A program made the position numbers and the translations under genes. From Spirochaetia bacterium (GTDB lineage Bacteria > Spirochaetota > Spirochaetia > SP-2023), in assembly GCA_965263295.1 (NCBI GenBank), contig OZ253665.1, positions 1,056,001-1,120,000 of the forward strand: a DNA stretch of 64,000 bases, read 5' to 3'. Shown piece by piece: positions 58,088 through 64,000 of the stretch. Position 1 is the stretch's first letter, and each line of letters opens with the position of its first letter. The notes beneath the pieces are model-generated. The model saw only the letters and a list, made by a program, of their open reading frames with translations. It was not told the DNA's origin and ran no database searches.

Positions 58088-59992
58088 ATGCAGCAGCGCA
58101 GCCATTATTGTAACTTACAAACCTTGAATCAGGACTCAAGTTGGGAAACAAAGAGCCAGGCTCATCCTGACCTCAAAGCCTTGATCGGACAAAATCTGAG
58201 TTTCAACGCTTGGATAAAAAAAATTCGACGTCATGGGGCTATCAATTTTGTCAATCTGCGCGACCGCTACGGAGAACTCCAATTAATTATCGACACCGAA
58301 CTCTATCCAGCCCTCAGAGGAGACGCAGAGAAGCTGCGGTTGGAATCTTGTATCGCGGCCAGCGGTATATTGCAATTCCGCCCAGAAAATATGCAGAATC
58401 CCCAAATGCCAACCGGCAGGGTTGAGCTGCTCGTCCACCAGCTGGAAATCCTCAACGCTTGCGAACCGCTGCCCTTCATGTTGCAAAAGGAAAAAGAGCA
58501 GCTTGGCGAGAGTGACGCCAATGAAGCGCTGCGCCTTCAATACCGCTACCTTGATCTCCGCAGTGACGGCATGCAACGACGTCTGATCCTGCGCCATCAG
58601 CTCAAACATCAGATCCATAGTTTTTTGCACCGGCATCGATTTCTCGAAGTCGAAACCCCTACGCTAATCCGTTCCATGCCCGAAGGTGCGCGCGACTACT
58701 TGGTCCCTTCACGCATTCACGATGGCAAGTTTTATGCGCTGCCCCAATCTCCCCAACTGTACAAGCAGCTCCTGATGGTCGGAGGTCTGGATCGTTACTA
58801 TCAAATCGCCCGCTGTTACCGCGACGAAGATGCTCGTGGAGACCGCCAGCCCGAATTTACGCAACTTGACCTGGAAATGAGCTTTGTTCGCGGCCAAGAC
58901 GTGCAACAATTAACGGAAGAGCTGCTGGCAAGCATCTGGGAAAAAGTTTTTAACCAAGAACTTAGCCGGCCATTCCCCAAACTAAGTTACGAAGACGCAA
59001 TGAACCATTATGGCAGTGACAAGCCCGATCTGCGCAACCCCCTACAGCTGCACGACTTTGCCGATTTTGCCCGAAATTCTGAATTTGGCGTATTTCGACA
59101 ATGCCTGGCCAGTCACGGCAGCATTAAAATGCTGGCCGTGCCCAAGGCCAGTGAATACTGCAGCCGCAAGGTGATCGCAGAGCTGGAAGAGGAAGCGGGA
59201 AAATACGGCGCCAAGGGCCTGGCCTGGACTCGCGTTGCAAGCAGTGGCTTCAACGGTGGCGTGGGACGCTTTCTCCAAGAACAGTTTAGCGCAATTTCCC
59301 AGGCCCACTCACTGCAAGCAGGCGACGTACTGTTTTTTGGCGCCGGCAGTTGGGATACGACATGCGAGGCCCTGGGCGCAGTCCGCAAAAAGCTGGGAGA
59401 AGCCTTGAACTTAGTCGATAAATCCGCTTTTGCCTTTACCTGGGTCGTCGACTTTCCACTCTTCGTGCCAACTGGTAAAGAGGCTGACAATGCCGGTACC
59501 GATGATACCGGCTGGGCTGCCGCTCACCATATGTTTTCCATGCCCCACGTCAAACACATCGACGAGATGGAACGGGATCCAGGAGCCGTGCGCGGCGACA
59601 TATACGACTTAGTACTAAATGGTTACGAACTGGGTTCGGGCTCAATACGAATCCATCGTGCCGACATTCAAGCCAAAGTTTTCGATATCGTGGGCTACCC
59701 CCGAGATCTCGCCGAAGAGCGCTTTGGCTTTATCCTTGAAGCTTTCCGCTACGGTGCCCCGCCGCACGGTGGCATTGCGCTAGGTCTTGATCGTCTGACC
59801 ATGATTATGGCCGGGCGAGAAAGCATCAAAGATGTCATCGCCTTCCCCAAAAATAACCTGGGCCAATCGCCGCTCGACGGCTCTCCTGGCACGGTGACAG
59901 AGGAACAAATGAACGAACTAAAAATTGCTAGACTTGAAAGTCAACGTTTAGCCCGTTTCCCGAATAACGAGCCAGACGCAGCAAAACAATAA
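58088..59992 (+). CDS. aspS: Aspartate--tRNA ligase (possibly non-discriminating: RRHG)
   Basis: LRDRYG, EGARDYLVPSR, ALPQSPQLYKQLLM, RQPEFTQLDLEMSF and GAPPHGGIALGLDR. Confidence 0.98.
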   Translation: MQQRSHYCNLQTLNQDSSWETKSQAHPDLKALIGQNLSFNAWIKKIRRHGAINFVNLRDRYGELQLIIDTELYPALRGDAEKLRLESCIAASGILQFRPENMQNPQMPTGRVELLVHQLEILNACEPLPFMLQKEKEQLGESDANEALRLQYRYLDLRSDGMQRRLILRHQLKHQIHSFLHRHRFLEVETPTLIRSMPEGARDYLVPSRIHDGKFYALPQSPQLYKQLLMVGGLDRYYQIARCYRDEDARGDRQPEFTQLDLEMSFVRGQDVQQLTEELLASIWEKVFNQELSRPFPKLSYEDAMNHYGSDKPDLRNPLQLHDFADFARNSEFGVFRQCLASHGSIKMLAVPKASEYCSRKVIAELEEEAGKYGAKGLAWTRVASSGFNGGVGRFLQEQFSAISQAHSLQAGDVLFFGAGSWDTTCEALGAVRKKLGEALNLVDKSAFAFTWVVDFPLFVPTGKEADNAGTDDTGWAAAHHMFSMPHVKHIDEMERDPGAVRGDIYDLVLNGYELGSGSIRIHRADIQAKVFDIVGYPRDLAEERFGFILEAFRYGAPPHGGIALGLDRLTMIMAGRESIKDVIAFPKNNLGQSPLDGSPGTVTEEQMNELKIARLESQRLARFPNNEPDAAKQ

Positions 59993-60006
59993 TTGCGACC
60001 TCGCAA

Positions 60007-61371
60007 ATGGCAGCTCTCGTTTCTTTTAAACGCCCTTTCCGGGTACTGCTAATTGGTGTCGGAACCGTTGGCGGCGCCGTGCTGCGAATACTTCAGCAGC
60101 AAAGAACCGGGCAGGCAAATGCTTCAGTAGAAGTTGTGGCAGTGATGTCGCGGCATGTGACGCAACGCTTACAAAGACAAGCCCCGGATTACCTAAAATG
60201 GCTGGGCAAGTCCCAAATATTTAACAACTGGGACGAACTGCAGTGTGCCCTTGCCCCAGCAGCAAATTCAGCTATCGGCAAACTGGATGCCGTAATTGAA
60301 TTGGCAGGAGGTGTTGACAATTGCCTGCCGATCTATCGTTACTTCCTACAGCGTGGCATTCCGATAATTACCGCCAACAAGGCCCTACTGGCCGAATGCG
60401 GCACTGAGTTGTTCCCTCTTGCCCGTCAAAACGGGACTTCCATTGCATGTGAAGCTAGTTGTGGCGGCTGTATTCCCATCTTACAAACCCTACTCTACGG
60501 CCTGCGAACCAGTCGCATCCATGAATTCCATGGGGTATTAAATGGCACTTGCAATTTTATTCTCTCTCAGATGGCGGCCGAAGGCCGCGACTATGCCGAA
60601 GTATTACGCGAAGCCCAGGCCAACGGCCTAGCCGAAGCTGACCCTTTTCTAGATATTGCCGGCATCGACACCGCCCACAAGCTAGCGATTCTCAGCATGC
60701 TCAGTTTTGGTCACAGCCTAAAATTACAAAATATCCCGACCGGCGGCATCAATGACCTGAAGGCAGCGCAAATCGCCACAGGTCGGCAATTAGGCCTGAG
60801 CCTCAAGCTGCTAGCCTCTGCAAAATTCCTCTCGGAGCAGAGTGCCGTCGCCTTGCGCGTGGGGCCATGTTATATCCCCCAGAATACGACAGATTATCGG
60901 CAGAAACTACATCTGGACTTGACGGCCTCACCGCTGGCTAATCTAGCTGGCAGCTTCAATGGCATCTCTTTTTATGGCGAAAACGTCGGCCATATTTACC
61001 TAGAAGGACACGGAGCCGGCGCCAGTGCTACTGCCGCAGCTGTGCTCAGTGACCTTCATCAGCTGGCAAATGGCAGCTATGCTCCAGCTTTTAGCGAATT
61101 TCCCAACTGGCCGCGAGCAGAAAAAATACAGGACCAAAACAAGTGGAATCAATTAGAGCAAAACTGGCTGTTATTCATCGCACCAGAAAATGCGGCATTG
61201 CTAGAAAACTCGTTGCATTTGCTTTTCACTCAGGACGACAAAACCGTCTTCTGCGCCCCGCAGCACAGCGAAGCTCAACTACAAGATCTACAACAACGCT
61301 TGGATATTAACTTTGGCTATATTCCGATTCTGCAACTACCCCAAGAACGATTAGACGGAGACCTTCAATAA
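60007..61371 (+). CDS. hom: Homoserine dehydrogenase
   Basis: GVGTVG, ITANKALLA, EASCGGCIP, NGTCNFIL, AEADP and GHGAG. Confidence 0.93.
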   Translation: MAALVSFKRPFRVLLIGVGTVGGAVLRILQQQRTGQANASVEVVAVMSRHVTQRLQRQAPDYLKWLGKSQIFNNWDELQCALAPAANSAIGKLDAVIELAGGVDNCLPIYRYFLQRGIPIITANKALLAECGTELFPLARQNGTSIACEASCGGCIPILQTLLYGLRTSRIHEFHGVLNGTCNFILSQMAAEGRDYAEVLREAQANGLAEADPFLDIAGIDTAHKLAILSMLSFGHSLKLQNIPTGGINDLKAAQIATGRQLGLSLKLLASAKFLSEQSAVALRVGPCYIPQNTTDYRQKLHLDLTASPLANLAGSFNGISFYGENVGHIYLEGHGAGASATAAAVLSDLHQLANGSYAPAFSEFPNWPRAEKIQDQNKWNQLEQNWLLFIAPENAALLENSLHLLFTQDDKTVFCAPQHSEAQLQDLQQRLDINFGYIPILQLPQERLDGDLQ

Positions 61372-61489
61372 TAAGTTGAAAGTTATGCCCCCTTTTATCG
61401 CATCGCCTGGAGAGCTGAAATGTCATCGGTTAAAATCTTGGCAAAGATGACAAAGTCGCTTAACCCACTATCCCAATTATCTTAGGCTC

Positions 61490-61518
61490 TTGACTTTGCT
61501 TTACCATCGAGGTATATT
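61490..61518 (+). promoter_or_regulatory. sigma70 promoter upstream of hyp-fliA
   Basis: TTGACT-N17-TATATT. Confidence 0.65.
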
Positions 61519-61552
61519 AAAAGATAATAATCGGTAATTGAGTACGGGAACA

Positions 61553-62071
61553 ATGAAAAAATTTTTTGTCCTCCTTCCTTTCGGTCTTTTGGGTGGCGTG
61601 ATCACCTTTCTAGGGGGGCTTGCGGGAAAAGTTGAATTTTCGATCCTAGCAGTTCGCAGTTTGCTGGCTGTGATCATCTCCATTGTATTTTTATTTGGCT
61701 TGCTCCTCCTCCTTTCCCGCACCCTCTTCCAAGGTGTAGATATTTTTCAAACTAACAATGGCAAAAGTCGCTCAAAAAATAGCAACGCCAAGAAACATTT
61801 TTATTCTCAATTTTTAAAACTCTCAAATCAAAATAAACCTAAAAATGATATAAAATCACGTGACAACAGCGAAGAGGGGCTCTCAATTGCAAACCATAAA
61901 CATCAAGATGAGAACACAGTCTTGAATGTCAGTGAGTCAGAGAACGAGGTGGCTTATAAATCCCCAATTATTGGTAAAAAAGAGTTAGATACTGCAGAGA
62001 GCCAGTTACGCGAAGCCGATACCAAAGAACTTGCCAATCTGGTACGGCATTCCATGAGCGAGGGGTTATAG
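61553..62071 (+). CDS. Hypothetical two-TM protein of the type found upstream of spirochaete fliA
   Basis: Two N-terminal TM helices, charged linker and C-terminal DTKELANLVR. Stop overlaps the fliA start. Confidence 0.75.
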   Translation: MKKFFVLLPFGLLGGVITFLGGLAGKVEFSILAVRSLLAVIISIVFLFGLLLLLSRTLFQGVDIFQTNNGKSRSKNSNAKKHFYSQFLKLSNQNKPKNDIKSRDNSEEGLSIANHKHQDENTVLNVSESENEVAYKSPIIGKKELDTAESQLREADTKELANLVRHSMSEGL

Positions 62072-62859
62072 TGGAAGAGAATATTATCGACGGCATCCCC
62101 GAAGAATCTCTTTGGCAACAATATTGCAAGAATCGAGATATAGAGACACGCGACAAAATCATTACCCAATACGCGCCCCTGGTAAAATATGTCGCTGGCA
62201 AAGTTTCCGTGGGGCTGTCTCCGTCGGTCAGCTTTAACGACCTGGTCAGTTTCGGAACTTTCGGCCTACTTGACGCGATTGAGAAGTTTGACCCAGACAA
62301 GCACGTCAAGTTTAAGACCTATGCAGTGACGCGCATTCGCGGTGCTATTTTTGACGAACTGCGAGCTATTGATTGGATACCTCGTTCAGTGCGCCAAAAG
62401 TCGCGCGAAATCGACGAACAAATCCAATATCTAGAACTGCGCTACGGGCGCCCGCCAACGGACGATGAAATTGCCCAGTCACTCAATATGTCGCAGGAAG
62501 AATTTAACCAGACTCTGCTGAAACTCAGCAGCACTTCCATGCTCTCTTTGAACGACATGTTGAGTGTGACCGACGATGAGAGCCTACCTCGTATTGAAAC
62601 GGTGCGCTCGCCAGATCGCTACCAACCTGAAGAAGTCGCTGAACGCCAAGAAATCCGCCAGGTTATCGTCAATGCCATCAATGAGCTACCTGAAAAAGAA
62701 AAAATGATCTTGGTCTTGTATTACTATGAGGATCTTACCCTCAAAGAAATCGGTTCTCTACTTGAAGTCACGGAATCTCGGGTCTCACAGCTGCACACCC
62801 GAGCTGTGATGCGACTACGCAATATCCTTTCCAACAATCGCAAAGGCATTACAGGCTAA
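62071..62859 (+). CDS. fliA: Flagellar sigma-28 factor (FliA/WhiG)
   Basis: YAPLVKYVA, KFKTYAVTRIRGAIFDELRAIDWIPRS and LTLKEIG..VTESRVSQLH. Confidence 0.96.
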   Translation: MEENIIDGIPEESLWQQYCKNRDIETRDKIITQYAPLVKYVAGKVSVGLSPSVSFNDLVSFGTFGLLDAIEKFDPDKHVKFKTYAVTRIRGAIFDELRAIDWIPRSVRQKSREIDEQIQYLELRYGRPPTDDEIAQSLNMSQEEFNQTLLKLSSTSMLSLNDMLSVTDDESLPRIETVRSPDRYQPEEVAERQEIRQVIVNAINELPEKEKMILVLYYYEDLTLKEIGSLLEVTESRVSQLHTRAVMRLRNILSNNRKGITG

Positions 62860-62883
62860 AACAGCACTAATTCTCTCAGCGCT

Positions 62884-62910
62884 TCAGTTATTATCTTGCC
62901 AAGCCGATAT
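62884..62910 (+). promoter_or_regulatory. Putative sigma-28 promoter
   Basis: TCAG-N15-GCCGATAT, compared with consensus TAAA-N15-GCCGATAA. Confidence 0.5.
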
Positions 62911-62952
62911 TCTAGATATCTAGGTTTGATTTTTTAATAGGTACAACTTAAG

Positions 62953-64000
62953 ATGTCCATGAATATCACAGAATTTCGCAATCTTATTGCAGAGCAGTTT
63001 GAACTTGACCGCAAAGTAAAACGCCATCACATGTCAGGACGAAACTTGGATGAGCTGCTGCGCGAAGCCTCCCAGCAATTGCATGTCCCGCTCAAGCAAT
63101 TGGACTATGAAATTGTGGAACGCGGCAACCGCGGTTTTATGCGTATGGTTAGGCCAAGGGATTTAAAAATCCTGGTTTATCGCAGTGAAGTCGACCGGGA
63201 AGCTGACCAAGTACAATTTGCCGACGATATGGTAGCCCAACAGGAAATGTTTGCACCGACTCCGGCTAAAATGTTCCTGCAGGTTCGACCTGATGGCGTC
63301 TATCTTAAGCTGAAAGCACCCAAAAACAATGGGAGACCTATTGCGGAACAAGACGTACTGATGCAGATCAATCGCCTGCTAGGACAACAAACAAAACGAC
63401 GTTTGCTGCGCGAGCTATGCCGCCAAGAATTCTGTGGATATACCAAGGTTGCAGAAATTGACCACCTCCCCAAAGCAGACGCTCGTGTCAATATACAAAT
63501 TTCCCAAGACCGTATGCAAGCTAAGATGATCGTAACAGAATCTGGCGACTACGGTGCTCATTTACAGTTCTCCAATTTGTTGGATATTTTAAATGACAAC
63601 GGTATCAATTACGGTTATGACAAGCAATTCCTTGAAGATTTCTGCGATGAACCAACATACAACAAAGCCGTTCCTATTGCCTCGGGTAAAGCTGCCATCA
63701 ATGGAATTGATCTGCGCATTGAGATTCTCGATAATCCTGATACTAATACCGCCTTACAGGAACAGGGAGGGAAGGTTAACCTGCGTTCAAAAAGAAACTT
63801 GCGTATTGTAACCAAAGGCACAGCCATCGGGATATTGCACGAGCCAACTCGCGGAGAAGTCGGCTACGATGTTCTAGGAGAAGAGCTGCTACCTAATCCT
63901 GGTTCTGCGCGCCCTTATACTATTGGCATTGGTTGCCACCTAGATCCTAGTACCAAAGAAATCCTTGCCGATACTTCAGGCGAAGTTGTTTTTGACGAAG
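62953..64000 (+). CDS. 3'-truncated FapA/DUF342 protein with N-terminal Jag_N-like domain (not in the ORF track)
   Basis: MSMNITEFR..LDELLREASQQL..LDYEIVERG, then ISQDRMQA, GINYG and GKVNLR..GEVGYDVLG. Runs off the end of the window. Confidence 0.85.
   Translation, partial: MSMNITEFRNLIAEQFELDRKVKRHHMSGRNLDELLREASQQLHVPLKQLDYEIVERGNRGFMRMVRPRDLKILVYRSEVDREADQVQFADDMVAQQEMFAPTPAKMFLQVRPDGVYLKLKAPKNNGRPIAEQDVLMQINRLLGQQTKRRLLRELCRQEFCGYTKVAEIDHLPKADARVNIQISQDRMQAKMIVTESGDYGAHLQFSNLLDILNDNGINYGYDKQFLEDFCDEPTYNKAVPIASGKAAINGIDLRIEILDNPDTNTALQEQGGKVNLRSKRNLRIVTKGTAIGILHEPTRGEVGYDVLGEELLPNPGSARPYTIGIGCHLDPSTKEILADTSGEVVFDE

Overview
A 64-kb chromosomal window from a spirochaete. The evidence is a ~900-aa GreA, an SH3 lipoprotein of a type I recognise from spirochaetes, fliA/whiG followed by a Jag_N-FapA gene, and a GLKHSGKS shikimate kinase. 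It is mostly housekeeping DNA: folD, prfA, ftsY, parAB, aat, ligA, pabB, a membrane pyrophosphatase, mglBAC, two CAT-anticodon tRNAs, fprA, ispD, trkAH, rpsP-khpA-rimM-trmD-rplS, greA, aspS and hom. I see no CRISPR array, rRNA, transposase, integrase or reverse transcriptase. The most notable items are: (1) a tight operon joining a YghO/bacterial-ceramide-synthase-like N-acyltransferase to FabD, an atypical PksF-like ketosynthase that keeps its catalytic Cys, and FabG, a candidate N-acyl-lipid/sphingolipid pathway; (2) a REPIN-like array of palindromic elements with 10-nt-phased CGAAA boxes at 1705-2191; (3) directly upstream of it, an AT-rich tandem-repeat surface protein resembling Mollicutes Lipoprotein_17 repeats; (4) many in-frame insertions in conserved enzymes; (5) an unannotated 42-aa ORF with promoter and RBS, divergent from parA; (6) a pseudo-phosphoesterase-GT4 fusion at a tRNA 3' end. 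All family assignments come from motif recognition by eye; no database search was run.
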